Positions 38,886-48,279 of a stretch of DNA of 64,000 bases are shown here, piece after piece. Position numbers and translations under genes: made by a program. Each line of letters starts with the position of its first letter. The first letter of the stretch is position 1. The notes under the pieces are model-generated. The model searched no databases. It was given only the letters and a program-made list of their open reading frames with translations, and was not told the DNA's origin. This stretch comes from Salinisphaeraceae bacterium (GTDB lineage Bacteria > Pseudomonadota > Gammaproteobacteria > Nevskiales > Salinisphaeraceae): positions 520,781 through 584,780 of the forward strand of contig OZ244134.1 in the NCBI GenBank assembly GCA_965216055.1, written 5' to 3'.

Positions 38886-41723
38886 ATGCCCAGCCGCCAC
38901 GCCGGCTCGCACGCCGCCTATGCCCTGTTGATCGGCCTTGCCACCGCCGGCTGCCAGCCAGCCGAACAGGCCCAGGCCGCCGAAACCCCGACCCCCGAGC
39001 CGGCTCAGACCGCCGAGGACGCCGCAGGCGATGCGGGTGGCGGCGGGGACATCCCCGATGTGGATATCGAGTTCACCCGCTTCACCCTCGATAACGGGCT
39101 GGACGTAGTGGTGCACGAGGATCACAAGACGCCGATCGTGTCCGTCAACATCTGGTACCACGTTGGCTCCAAGGACGAGGGGCCGACCCAGACCGGCTTC
39201 GCCCATCTGTTCGAGCACCTGATGTTCCAGGGCAGCGAGAACTGGGATGGCGAGTACTTCGAGCCCTTCGAACGGGCCGGTGCCACCTCGATGAATGGCA
39301 CCACCAATACCGACCGCACCAACTACTTCGCCAACGTGCCAGTACCGGCACTGGACATGGCCCTGTGGATGGAATCCGACCGCATGGGGCATTTCCTGGG
39401 CGCGGTGGACCAGGCCCGCCTGGACGAACAGCGCGGCGTGGTGATCAACGAAAAGAAGCAGCGGGCCAGCCAGCCCTACGGTGAGGTCTGGGAAAAGCTG
39501 CCGCCCAACACCTATCCCGAGGGCCACCCCTATTCCTGGTCCACCATCGGGTCGATCGAAGATCTGAATGCCGCCTCGCTGGAAGACGTCAAGGCCTGGT
39601 TCAAGCGCTATTACGGCCCTTCCAACGCCACGCTGGTAATCGCCGGCGACATCGACCCCGATACGGTGCGTGACAAGGTCGAGCACTACTTCGGCAGCAT
39701 CCCGGCCGGACCACCGCTGGAGCATCAGAAGACGTGGGTCGCGCCGATGACCGGCGAACACCGCCAGGTGATGCAGGACCGCGTACCCCAGGCCCGCATC
39801 TACAAGACCTGGAACGTGCCGGCCGACGGCACCCCGGACGAAACGCGGCTGCAGATCGTCGCCGACCTGCTGGCCGGCGCCAAGACCAGCCGGCTGTACA
39901 AGCGGCTGGTATACGACGAGCAGATCGCCACCGACGTGTCAGCCGACTTGTGGAGCAAGGAAATCGGCTCGCAGTTCATCATCACCGCCACCGCGCGACC
40001 GGGCGTGCCGCTTGCCAAGGTGGAGGCTGCGCTGGACGAGGAACTGGCCCGCTTCCTCGAGGAAGGCGTCAGCGCCGAGGAACTCGACCGCAGCCGCACC
40101 AGCCTGGCCGCCTCGTTCCTGCGCGGGGCCGAGCGCATTGGCGGGTTCGGCGGCAAAGCCGACATCCTGGCCCGGGGCGTGGTGTACCACGACGATCCCG
40201 GGCATTTCCGCCAGTATCTCGATATTCTGCGCAATGCCCAGCCGGACGCCGTGCAAGCCACCGCCGAGCGCTGGCTGTCCGACGGCGTCTATGTTCTGTC
40301 CGTGCTGCCCTTTGGCGGCCACAGTCAGACCGACAGCGAGGTCGACCGCTCGCAGCTGCCGGACATCGGCGCGGCGCCGGACCTCACCCTGCCCGACCTG
40401 CAGCATGCCGAACTGGATAACGGCCTGAAGATCTGGCTGGCCGAACGTGACGCCGCCCCGGTGGTGCAGATGCGCATGATGCTGGACGCCGGCTACGCCG
40501 CCGATCCCAGCGGCGCGCCGGGTACTGCCAGTCTGGCCCTGGGCATGCTCGACGAGGGCACGGAAACACGCGACGGCCTGGAAATCAGCGCCGAACTCGA
40601 CCGCCTGGGTGCTACCCTTTCGACCAGCTCCTCGCTGGACGCGTCCAGCATCAGCATGTCGGCGATCAGCAGCCAGCTGGATGCCTCGATGGATCTGTAC
40701 GCCGACGTGATCCGCCGGCCGTCGTTCCCGGAAGATCAGTTCCAGCGGTTGTCGAAACAGCGCCTGGCCGGTATCGCCCAGGAGAAATCCAATCCCACCA
40801 GCCTGGCCCTGCGCACCATCGGCCCGTTGCTCTACGGTGATGAACACGCCTACGGCGTGCCCCTGACCGGCAGCGGCACCACCGAAGCAATCCGCGATCT
40901 GACGGTCGCCGACATGCAGGCCTTCCACCGGCGCTGGGTGCGCCCGGACAACGCCACCCTGATCGTGGTGGGCGACACCGACATGGCCACCCTCAAGCCG
41001 CTGCTGGAGAAGGCTTTCGGCGACTGGCAGGCGGGCGACGACGCGCCGCCGCTCAAGAATCTGCCCGATCAGCCGATGCCGGAACAACAGCGCATCTACC
41101 TGATCGACAAGCCCGGCAGCAGCCAGGCCACCGTCATTGCCGGCAGTCTGGCACCGCCCAAGTCGCATCCGCAGGACATCGCCATGAACACCGTCAACGC
41201 CATCCTGGGCGGCATGTTCAACTCGCGCATCAATCTCAATCTGCGCGAGGAAAAGAACTGGTCCTACGGCGCCCGCAGTCTGTTGATGGACGCCCGCGCC
41301 CAGCAGCCGTTCTTCACCTACGCCTCGGTGCAGATCGACAAGACCGCACCGGCGATGAAGGAAATGCGAAGCGAGATCGCCGGCATCCTCGGCGACGAAC
41401 CACCAACCAGGGAAGAACTGACCGCGGCCCAGGCCAATCTCACCCGCACGCTGCCGGGCGAGAATGAAACCAGCAGCGAGCTCGCCGGCACGTTCGCGAA
41501 CCTGGCCGTGTTCGGGCTGCCCGAGGATTACTACGAGACCTATGTCACCCGGGTGCAGGCGCTGGACATCCCGGCCCTCAACGAGGCCGCCGACACGCTG
41601 CTCGACCCCAACCACCTGACCTGGGTGATCGTCGGGGACCTCGACAAGATCGAACAACCGATACGGGATCTCGAATGGGCCGAGGTGGAAGTCCTGCCGA
41701 TGGACGATGTCGCGGCGCCCTGA
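38886..41723 (+). CDS. M16-family zinc metallopeptidase (lipoprotein)
   Basis: Lipobox TAGC, inverted zinc motif HLFEH and the two-module M16 architecture. Confidence 0.92.
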   Translation: MPSRHAGSHAAYALLIGLATAGCQPAEQAQAAETPTPEPAQTAEDAAGDAGGGGDIPDVDIEFTRFTLDNGLDVVVHEDHKTPIVSVNIWYHVGSKDEGPTQTGFAHLFEHLMFQGSENWDGEYFEPFERAGATSMNGTTNTDRTNYFANVPVPALDMALWMESDRMGHFLGAVDQARLDEQRGVVINEKKQRASQPYGEVWEKLPPNTYPEGHPYSWSTIGSIEDLNAASLEDVKAWFKRYYGPSNATLVIAGDIDPDTVRDKVEHYFGSIPAGPPLEHQKTWVAPMTGEHRQVMQDRVPQARIYKTWNVPADGTPDETRLQIVADLLAGAKTSRLYKRLVYDEQIATDVSADLWSKEIGSQFIITATARPGVPLAKVEAALDEELARFLEEGVSAEELDRSRTSLAASFLRGAERIGGFGGKADILARGVVYHDDPGHFRQYLDILRNAQPDAVQATAERWLSDGVYVLSVLPFGGHSQTDSEVDRSQLPDIGAAPDLTLPDLQHAELDNGLKIWLAERDAAPVVQMRMMLDAGYAADPSGAPGTASLALGMLDEGTETRDGLEISAELDRLGATLSTSSSLDASSISMSAISSQLDASMDLYADVIRRPSFPEDQFQRLSKQRLAGIAQEKSNPTSLALRTIGPLLYGDEHAYGVPLTGSGTTEAIRDLTVADMQAFHRRWVRPDNATLIVVGDTDMATLKPLLEKAFGDWQAGDDAPPLKNLPDQPMPEQQRIYLIDKPGSSQATVIAGSLAPPKSHPQDIAMNTVNAILGGMFNSRINLNLREEKNWSYGARSLLMDARAQQPFFTYASVQIDKTAPAMKEMRSEIAGILGDEPPTREELTAAQANLTRTLPGENETSSELAGTFANLAVFGLPEDYYETYVTRVQALDIPALNEAADTLLDPNHLTWVIVGDLDKIEQPIRDLEWAEVEVLPMDDVAAP

Positions 41724-42750
41724 CCGGCGCGCAGCCGTCGCCGCGGCGCTGGCGCTGATAGCCGCCAGCGCCACGGCGGACGTCTCGCGCGAGGAAATAT
41801 TCGTGCTCAACGCCGACGGCGAGAGCTATACGGTGTACAAGACCCTGCGCTCGGACCTGCCCGGCCGGGCCCTGTTCCTGGCTGAAGGCGAGAGCGTGGA
41901 CGACTACGTCTACATCCACCCCGCCGATTTCCGGCAGGAAACCACGGATGACGGCACCCGGCTGGTGTTCGACAGCGGCGACTATGCCCTGATGCGCGCC
42001 GACCGTTTCCGCGACTGGCAGCTCAGCGACAATCCCGACGGCAGCACCACATTCCACAGCTGGGACGGCCGCGAGCTGGATAACGGCCACTACGGCAAGT
42101 GGAACAGTCCCGATCCCTTCGCGCACTTCTCGTACGTGTGGATCCTGCCCGAGAACATCGAGGTGCTGGACGCCCAGAGCAATCGCGACGGCAACTGGCG
42201 ACAGAAAGGGCGCACGCTGGCCTGGCGAGGCGAACAGGTCAATGACCTGACCTTTCGTATCCGCTTTCAGCGGCGGGCGCCGAAAACCCCCACGTTCCGC
42301 ACCGTGGCAGGCGACGCCGGGCTACCCGATGCCGAACGCATCACGCTCGACTCCGCGGTGCTGTTCGACTCCGGCCGGCACCGGCTGACCAGCGCCGGCG
42401 AGCAACTCCTGGTCGAGCTTGCCGATCGGCTCAGAGCCCGCGGCCCGACCCGGGTGATCGTGGCCGGCCATACCGACAACCAGCCGCTCAAGCCCTACCT
42501 GCGCGAGCGCTATCCCAGCAACTGGGAGCTGTCCGCCGCGCGCGCCACTGGCGTGGTCCGCTTCCTGGCCCAACAGGGCGTGGATGCCGGGGTGCTCGAG
42601 GCCCGTGCGTTCGGGGCCGAACAACCCGTAGCCGACAATGACACCGCCGATGGACGCGCCCGCAACCGGCGCATCGAAATCACCATCGCCGGGGCAACGA
42701 CTTCCGATCAGGCTGGCCCGGCGGCCACCGGCGACGACGAACGCCGGTAA
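41707..42750 (+). CDS. Secreted protein with unrecognised N-terminal domain and C-terminal OmpA/MotB-like peptidoglycan-binding domain
   Basis: VLFDSG, VAGHTDN, YPSNWELSAARA and GRARNRRIEI; signal-like N-terminus. Confidence 0.8.
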   Translation: MSRRPDRRAAVAAALALIAASATADVSREEIFVLNADGESYTVYKTLRSDLPGRALFLAEGESVDDYVYIHPADFRQETTDDGTRLVFDSGDYALMRADRFRDWQLSDNPDGSTTFHSWDGRELDNGHYGKWNSPDPFAHFSYVWILPENIEVLDAQSNRDGNWRQKGRTLAWRGEQVNDLTFRIRFQRRAPKTPTFRTVAGDAGLPDAERITLDSAVLFDSGRHRLTSAGEQLLVELADRLRARGPTRVIVAGHTDNQPLKPYLRERYPSNWELSAARATGVVRFLAQQGVDAGVLEARAFGAEQPVADNDTADGRARNRRIEITIAGATTSDQAGPAATGDDERR

Positions 42751-42772
42751 CTGCCGGTCAGCCGACGCCGCG

Positions 42773-44395
42773 CTATGCCCGGGCGGCCGCTTTGGCGCTC
42801 TTTTCCTCGAAGCGCAGCAACTGCAGCTCGTGATTGAGCCCCTTGAGCAGCGCCACGCACATCAGCAGCAGAACCAGCGTGAACGGCAGGCCGGTGGTGA
42901 CAGCGGCCGCCTGCAGCGCGGACAGCGCCTCGGCCCCGCCGACCACCAGCAGCGCCGCGGCAATCATGCCCTCGGCAATACACCAGAACGCCCGCTGGGG
43001 CACCGGCGCCTCGGTCTTGCCGCCGGCGGTGATGGTGTCGATCACCAGTGAGCCGGAGTCCGACGAGGTAATGAAGAACACCAGCACCAGCGTAATGGCC
43101 AGGAACGACGTGACGCCGGCCAGGGGCAGGTTCTCGAGCATGTGGAACAGAGACAGCGACGAGTCGGTGATGCCGTTGGCCAACGACCCCACGCCGTTGA
43201 CGGCCTGATCAAGCCCGTTGCCGCCGAACGCGCTCATCCAGACGGCGGTGACCACCATCGGCACGATCAGCACGGCGGTAAGGAATTCGCGCACTGTGCG
43301 CCCGCGCGACACCCGGGCGATGAACATGCCCACGAACGGCGACCAGGAAATCCACCAGGCCCAGTAGAAGATGGTCCACGAGTGGTAGAAGGTATCGTCC
43401 TCGCGCCCGATCGGGTTGCTCAGCGGCAGCAGATACTCGGCATAACCGGCCGCGGTGGTGCCCAGACTGGCGAAAAAGCCCGTTACCGACCCGGTCACGA
43501 TGACGAACAGCAGCAACAGCCCGGCCAGCATGATGTTGAGATTGCTCAGCAATTTCACGCCGCCGTCGATGCCCCGCACCACCGAAACCAGCGCCACCGC
43601 GGTGACGCCGGCGATGATCAGGATTTCCACCATCAGGCTGTCGGCGATGCCGAACAGGAACTGCATGCCGCCCGCGGCCTGCTGGGCACCGAACCCCAGC
43701 GACGTGGCCAGGCCGAAGATGGTCGCCACCACCGCCAGGGTATCGATCACGTTACCCAGCGTGCCCCAGACGCGATCACCGAACAGCGGATAGAACACCG
43801 AGCGAATCGCCAGCGGCAGTCCCTTGTTATAGGCAAAAAAGGCCAGCGACAGCGCCACCACGCCGTAGATCGCCCACGGATGCAACGCCCAGTGATACAT
43901 CACCGCGCCCATGGCGGCGGTGCGGGCGGCATCGGTCCCGCCGGCGACATTCAGCGGCGAACCCGCCCATTCGGTGAAGTAACCGACCGGTTCGGCCACC
44001 GACCAGAACATCAGCCCGATACCCATGCCGGCCGCGAACAGCATCGCGAACCAGGACATGCGGGAGAACTCCGGCTCGGCATCCTGGCCACCCAGGCGGA
44101 TACGGCCGAACGGAAGCACGATCAGGGCCAGACAGAACAGCACGAAAAGGTTGCCGGCGCTCAGGAAGAGCCAGTCGAAGGTGTTGATCACCCAGTCGCG
44201 CGCGCTGGTCAGACTGGTCTTGGAAACGTTGGGGAACAGCATGGACCCGATCACAAAGACCGCGATCAGGATGGCGCTCCAGAGGAAGACCGGATTGTGC
44301 AGATCCAGCCCGAACGGGTGGATGTTGTCCTCACCGACCTCGTAATCGGTGTCGTAGCGTTCCTCAAGTTCGGCGATTTCAGCGTCCTGGCTCAT
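42773..44395 (-). CDS. BCCT family (betaine/carnitine/choline) transporter
   Basis: WFAMLFAAGMGIGLMFW, WTIFYWAWWISWSPFVGMFIARVSRGRT and FFITSSDSG. Confidence 0.95.
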   Translation of the reverse strand: MSQDAEIAELEERYDTDYEVGEDNIHPFGLDLHNPVFLWSAILIAVFVIGSMLFPNVSKTSLTSARDWVINTFDWLFLSAGNLFVLFCLALIVLPFGRIRLGGQDAEPEFSRMSWFAMLFAAGMGIGLMFWSVAEPVGYFTEWAGSPLNVAGGTDAARTAAMGAVMYHWALHPWAIYGVVALSLAFFAYNKGLPLAIRSVFYPLFGDRVWGTLGNVIDTLAVVATIFGLATSLGFGAQQAAGGMQFLFGIADSLMVEILIIAGVTAVALVSVVRGIDGGVKLLSNLNIMLAGLLLLFVIVTGSVTGFFASLGTTAAGYAEYLLPLSNPIGREDDTFYHSWTIFYWAWWISWSPFVGMFIARVSRGRTVREFLTAVLIVPMVVTAVWMSAFGGNGLDQAVNGVGSLANGITDSSLSLFHMLENLPLAGVTSFLAITLVLVFFITSSDSGSLVIDTITAGGKTEAPVPQRAFWCIAEGMIAAALLVVGGAEALSALQAAAVTTGLPFTLVLLLMCVALLKGLNHELQLLRFEEKSAKAAARA

Positions 44396-44538
44396 GACTC
44401 CCCATCTCCCGATGTTCCCGTGAAACAGCGGAAGACCCTAGCACAGCCTCGGGAAAGCGAGTCGCAAGCAGGCGCGGCGGCCGACCGGCAGATCAGACGC
44501 CGGACAGTGGTCGGCCAGGAAAGGCCGGGGAAGCGACG

Positions 44539-44868
44539 TCAGCGCAGGGCGGCGGGGCCGCCGAATTCACCGAGCGGACGCAGGAACGTGTACTTTGCGG
44601 GCGCGCCGACCAGTTGCCCGGCGGCCTCGTCGGTATTCCGCCCCAGGGCGGAAAACGGCAGCGATAGGACAAACAGCCCCGTGCCGGCCACCGTCGCCAC
44701 CAGGCTCAGCGGCCGGATAACCAGCACATCCACGCCCATGGCCGCAGCGGACGGCGCATGCCCCGCATTCAGATCGGCCGCGTGGGCCGGCTGGAATCCG
44801 ATCACCGCAACCGCCAGCAGCACCGTGGCCAGTGCCGCCCTGATTCGCGTGAATGTCGACTGGTACAT
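44539..44868 (-). CDS. Conserved small secreted/membrane hypothetical protein
   Basis: Signal-like segment followed by DVLVIRPL...SLPFSALG...PAKYTFLRPLG. Confidence 0.7.
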   Translation of the reverse strand: MYQSTFTRIRAALATVLLAVAVIGFQPAHAADLNAGHAPSAAAMGVDVLVIRPLSLVATVAGTGLFVLSLPFSALGRNTDEAAGQLVGAPAKYTFLRPLGEFGGPAALR

Positions 44869-44955
44869 GAACTTGTCCGGAGCGGGGCGTATCGCCGAAC
44901 ATTAGGCAGCCGCCCGGCCACTGTCAATCATGACCGTCACCTCCTCCGCCATCGC

Positions 44956-45276
44956 ATGAGCCAGCACCAGATCTACACCGCCTCCGACCCCGCCAATGCC
45001 CACATCGTGCGCGACTATCTCGCCGGGCACGGCATCAAGGCCCACATCCGCGGCCAGTTCCTGTGGGGTGGCATGGGTGAATTGCCTGCCAACGCCTACC
45101 CGACCCTGTGGGTGAACGACCCGGACCAGGTCGACCCGGCACGGGCACTGATTCGGCGCTTCGAGGCCGACGACACCGCCACTCGCCAGGCCTGGCGCTG
45201 CCGCAGTTGCGGTGAGGAGCTGGCCGGGCAGTTCGATGCCTGCTGGCGATGCGGGCGGGGGCGGCCGGGTGATTAG
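44956..45276 (+). CDS. DUF2007-like protein with C-terminal zinc ribbon
   Basis: IYTASDPANAHIVRDYLAGHGI and WRCRSCGE...FDACWRCG. Confidence 0.8.
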   Translation: MSQHQIYTASDPANAHIVRDYLAGHGIKAHIRGQFLWGGMGELPANAYPTLWVNDPDQVDPARALIRRFEADDTATRQAWRCRSCGEELAGQFDACWRCGRGRPGD

Positions 45277-45312
45277 TCGATGGCCCGATACATCACGAGG
45301 TGAAATCAGGCT

Positions 45313-45334
45313 GTAGGGCGCCATTCATGGCGCC
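45313..45334 (+). repeat. GTAG-type REP sequence
   Basis: GTAGGGCGCCATTCATGGCGCC, 21/22 identical to the reverse complement of 29562-29583. Confidence 0.75.
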
Positions 45335-45419
45335 TGCTCAATTGGGCTTTAGGCCGGCATAAGCAAAGTGTTGCCTGCAATTCGGCATAACGGTGACCCC
45401 GAGAAAGAATAAGATTCCG

Positions 45420-45620
45420 TCCCGCTAAAGCGGGCCGGTTGTCTTTCTTGTGCGACATGAAAGTCACCAAAGAAACGCTTCCGGCGGGCGAGTCCTGCCT
45501 CGAACGGGGTTCGAGGCAGGATGCCTTGTGCGCTTCGGCCGGCGAGGGGGTTTTCGACGGTACTTCCATGTACCGACGAAAACCGCGCGCCTGTCCTGGG
45601 CGCGCCCCTGACGGGCCGGG
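45420..45620. repeat. Structured extragenic repeat element with nested hairpins
   Basis: 13-bp perfect stem at 45493-45521; GGTTTTCG-a-CGGTAC-ttccat-GTACCG-a-CGAAAACC at 45549-45584; GCGCGCC...GGCGCGC at 45585-45605. Confidence 0.55.
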
Positions 45621-45721
45621 AACCTCGTCGCCCTTCAGGGCGAAATTCTTCGAATACATATCCGGCAACAAGAATCTGCGCAAACCACTATCTCACCCAG
45701 AACAAGTGCGACCATATCTCC

Positions 45722-46195
45722 ATGCACATAGCCCTCTACCAACCCGAAATCCCGCCCAACACCGGCAATGTCATCCGCCTCTGCGCCAATCTCGGCGCTA
45801 CCCTGCACCTGATCGAACCACTCGGGTTCGAACTGGATGACGCCCGCCTGCGCCGGGCCGGCCTGGACTATCGGGAGCTTGCGTGCCTGCAGACCTGGCC
45901 GGATCTGGACAGTCTTCGCCTCGCCCTGCCCGGCAACCGGCTGCTGGCCTGCTCCACCCGCGGCCGGCAGCGCTACGATCAGGTTCGGTATGGGCCGGAG
46001 GATCTCCTCCTGTTCGGGCCCGAAACCCGGGGGCTGCCGGATACGCTGCTGTCGACCCTGCCACCGGCGCAGGTGCTGCGCATTCCGATGCGGCCCGGCA
46101 ATCGCAGTCTGAATCTGTCGAACGCGGTGTCGGTGATCGCCTTCGAGGCCTGGCGGCAGGCCGATTTCGACGGTGCGGGTCTGACCCCGGATTGA
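45722..46195 (+). CDS. trmL: tRNA (cytidine(34)-2'-O)-methyltransferase TrmL
   Basis: IALYQPEIPPNTGN, LRRAGLDY, FGPETRGL and RSLNLSNAV. Confidence 0.95.
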   Translation: MHIALYQPEIPPNTGNVIRLCANLGATLHLIEPLGFELDDARLRRAGLDYRELACLQTWPDLDSLRLALPGNRLLACSTRGRQRYDQVRYGPEDLLLFGPETRGLPDTLLSTLPPAQVLRIPMRPGNRSLNLSNAVSVIAFEAWRQADFDGAGLTPD

Positions 46196-46213
46196 TTGCA
46201 TTATCATCCTTCC

Positions 46214-46849
46214 ATGAGCGCAACACCGCAGACAAGTATCCGGGTATTGCTGGTCGACGACCACGCAGTGGTGCGGGCCGGCTACGGCCGGTTGCTCAAG
46301 AGCGCGCCGGACATCCTGGTCGCCGGCGAGACCGATACCGGCGAATCGGCCTACCAGCTGGTCAGTCAGAGCCACTTCGACGTGGTGGTGATGGACCTGT
46401 CGCTGCCGGGCATGAGCGGCATCGAGGCCTGTTCGCGCATCCGCAAGCGCCGCCCCGACAGCCGGGTGCTGGTGTTTTCGGTGCACGAGGAAGAGATCTT
46501 CGTGAAGCGGGCACTACAGGCCGGGGCGGATGGTTACCTCACCAAACGCGCAGTGGCCGAGGTGCTGGTGGACGCGGTGCGCGAGGTTGCGGCCGGCCGG
46601 CGCTATCTCGACCCCAACCTCGCCATGGCCGGCGCAGGCGTCGATCCGCTGGCCTGCCTGTCGCGGCGGGAGTTCGAGATATTCCGGCTGCTGGCCGAGG
46701 GCCATGCGGTGCCGGACATCGCCAACGCCCTGTTTCTGAGCCCGAAGACCGTGTCCAACCACGCCAGCCGCATCCGCACCAAACTGGATGCTGCCTCGGC
46801 GGCGGATCTGACCCGGCTGGCGATCCGCCGCGGCGTGATCGCCGCCTGA
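46214..46849 (+). CDS. NarL/LuxR-family response regulator (MxcE/PedR2/ExaE-like)
   Basis: LVDDH, VMDLSLPG, YLTK and LSRREFEIFRLLAEG...LSPKTVSNH. Confidence 0.9.
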   Translation: MSATPQTSIRVLLVDDHAVVRAGYGRLLKSAPDILVAGETDTGESAYQLVSQSHFDVVVMDLSLPGMSGIEACSRIRKRRPDSRVLVFSVHEEEIFVKRALQAGADGYLTKRAVAEVLVDAVREVAAGRRYLDPNLAMAGAGVDPLACLSRREFEIFRLLAEGHAVPDIANALFLSPKTVSNHASRIRTKLDAASAADLTRLAIRRGVIAA

Positions 46850-46852
46850 CCG

Positions 46853-48217
46853 GTGGCTGCCGGCCGCCACGGACCGCGCCGATCACCCCGGCTGGGTCTG
46901 CGGGCACGGTTGATGCTGTTCATCACCCTGCTGCTGGCAATGATCCTGCTGGCCGCCACGGCCCTGGTGATCCAGAACGCGCGCATCGCCGTCAGCGAGG
47001 AAACCGAAGCCACCGTGTCGCTGGCGGCGGCCCTGCTGGGCCGCACCCTGCCCCGGCATACCAACAGCAATGATCTGCTGCGCCAGTTCACGCCCGGGGA
47101 TCAGCTGCGCCACCTGTGTCTGCGGCTGATCCTGCCGCGCACCCCGGCCCCGACCTGCGCCGATACCATCCCGCCCGGCACACCGGCCTGGTTCGCCGCA
47201 CTGACCCGCCCGGAACAGGCCGGCGAAACCGTGCTCGATATCGAGGGCCAGCCCGGGCGCATCCTGATTCATGCCGACCCGGCCGACGAGATCGCCGAAG
47301 CCTGGCGGGATGTGCGCGGCCTGCTGGCGCTGATCCTGTTGTTCTACGCGGTTTCGCTGGCCGCGGTGTTCCGGTCGCTGGGCCACATCACCCGGCCGGT
47401 ACACAGCATCAGCGCCGCGCTGGCCGGGGTCGAACACGGCGAGTTCGAGCGCCGCCTGCCGGCCTTCGACATGCCGGAGTTCGACCGTCTCGCCGCCCGT
47501 TTCAACCTGATGGTGGCCACGCTGGAACGCACGCGCGACGAGAACCAGCGGCTGCACCGCCACTCCCTGCGCATCCAGGAAACCGAGCGCCAGCGCCTGG
47601 CCCGCGAGCTGCATGACGAACTCGGCCAGAGCCTGACCGCCATCCGCGCGGATGTGGGCGGCATTCTCGCCCGCGAGGACAGCCTCCCGGCCGATGTGGC
47701 GGAATCGGCCCGGGCGATCAGCGAGGTAGCCGGCCGCATCTATGATCAGGCCCGCAGCATGATGCGCCGGTTGCGCCCGCCCGGGCTCGACGAACTGGGT
47801 CTGGCGCCAGCGCTGGAGGAAACCGTGGCCGGCTGGCAGCGACAGAATCCGGATGTCGCGTATCACCTCACGCCGGCCAGCGACCTGTCCGCCCTGGATC
47901 CGGAGATCGCCATCCACGTATTCCGCATCGTGCAGGAGGCCCTGACCAATGCCCACCGGCACGCCTCACCCCGAACCATTCGTATCCGGCTGGCGGGCGA
48001 GGAAGACCAGGTAACCGCCACCATCGAGGACGACGGTAACGGCTTCGACCCGGCGCGCATGTCCACCGGGGTGGGCATTTCCGGCATGCGCGAGCGTGCC
48101 CAGCTGCTGGGCGGGCAGGTGCAGATCACCAGCCGCCCGGGGCGCGGTACCCGGGTTCACGCCAGCCTGCCACGGACCCCGCCGAAAAATCGGGAAGTAT
48201 TCCCATTGAGCGATTAG
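46853..48217 (+). CDS. Sensor histidine kinase with MoxY/LapD-like periplasmic region, HAMP, HisKA_3 and HATPase (MxcQ/PedS2-like)
   Basis: LRARL + TM + ARIAVSEETEATV N-terminus, second TM, HAMP, LARELHDELGQSLTAI, QEALTNAHRHA, DDGNGF and GVGISGMRER. Confidence 0.85.
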   Translation: MAAGRHGPRRSPRLGLRARLMLFITLLLAMILLAATALVIQNARIAVSEETEATVSLAAALLGRTLPRHTNSNDLLRQFTPGDQLRHLCLRLILPRTPAPTCADTIPPGTPAWFAALTRPEQAGETVLDIEGQPGRILIHADPADEIAEAWRDVRGLLALILLFYAVSLAAVFRSLGHITRPVHSISAALAGVEHGEFERRLPAFDMPEFDRLAARFNLMVATLERTRDENQRLHRHSLRIQETERQRLARELHDELGQSLTAIRADVGGILAREDSLPADVAESARAISEVAGRIYDQARSMMRRLRPPGLDELGLAPALEETVAGWQRQNPDVAYHLTPASDLSALDPEIAIHVFRIVQEALTNAHRHASPRTIRIRLAGEEDQVTATIEDDGNGFDPARMSTGVGISGMRERAQLLGGQVQITSRPGRGTRVHASLPRTPPKNREVFPLSD

Positions 48218-48253
48218 CGGCCCCGATCGAGTATGACGTTTCACGCCATACTC
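48192..48253. promoter_or_regulatory. Candidate operator palindromes upstream of the TonB-dependent receptor
   Basis: GGGAA-gta-TTCCC (48192-48204) and GAGTATGACGT-ttc-ACGCCATACTC (48229-48253, one mismatch). Confidence 0.35.
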
Positions 48254-48279
48254 ATAAATCATGAAGGGGAGACATCGGG

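Noticed and set aside
45306-45840. ORFs of 125-133 aa between the DUF2007-like gene and trmL, and the long N-terminal extension of trmL
   Set aside because: They overlap a REP and a hairpin element; trmL homology starts at MHIALYQP (45722).
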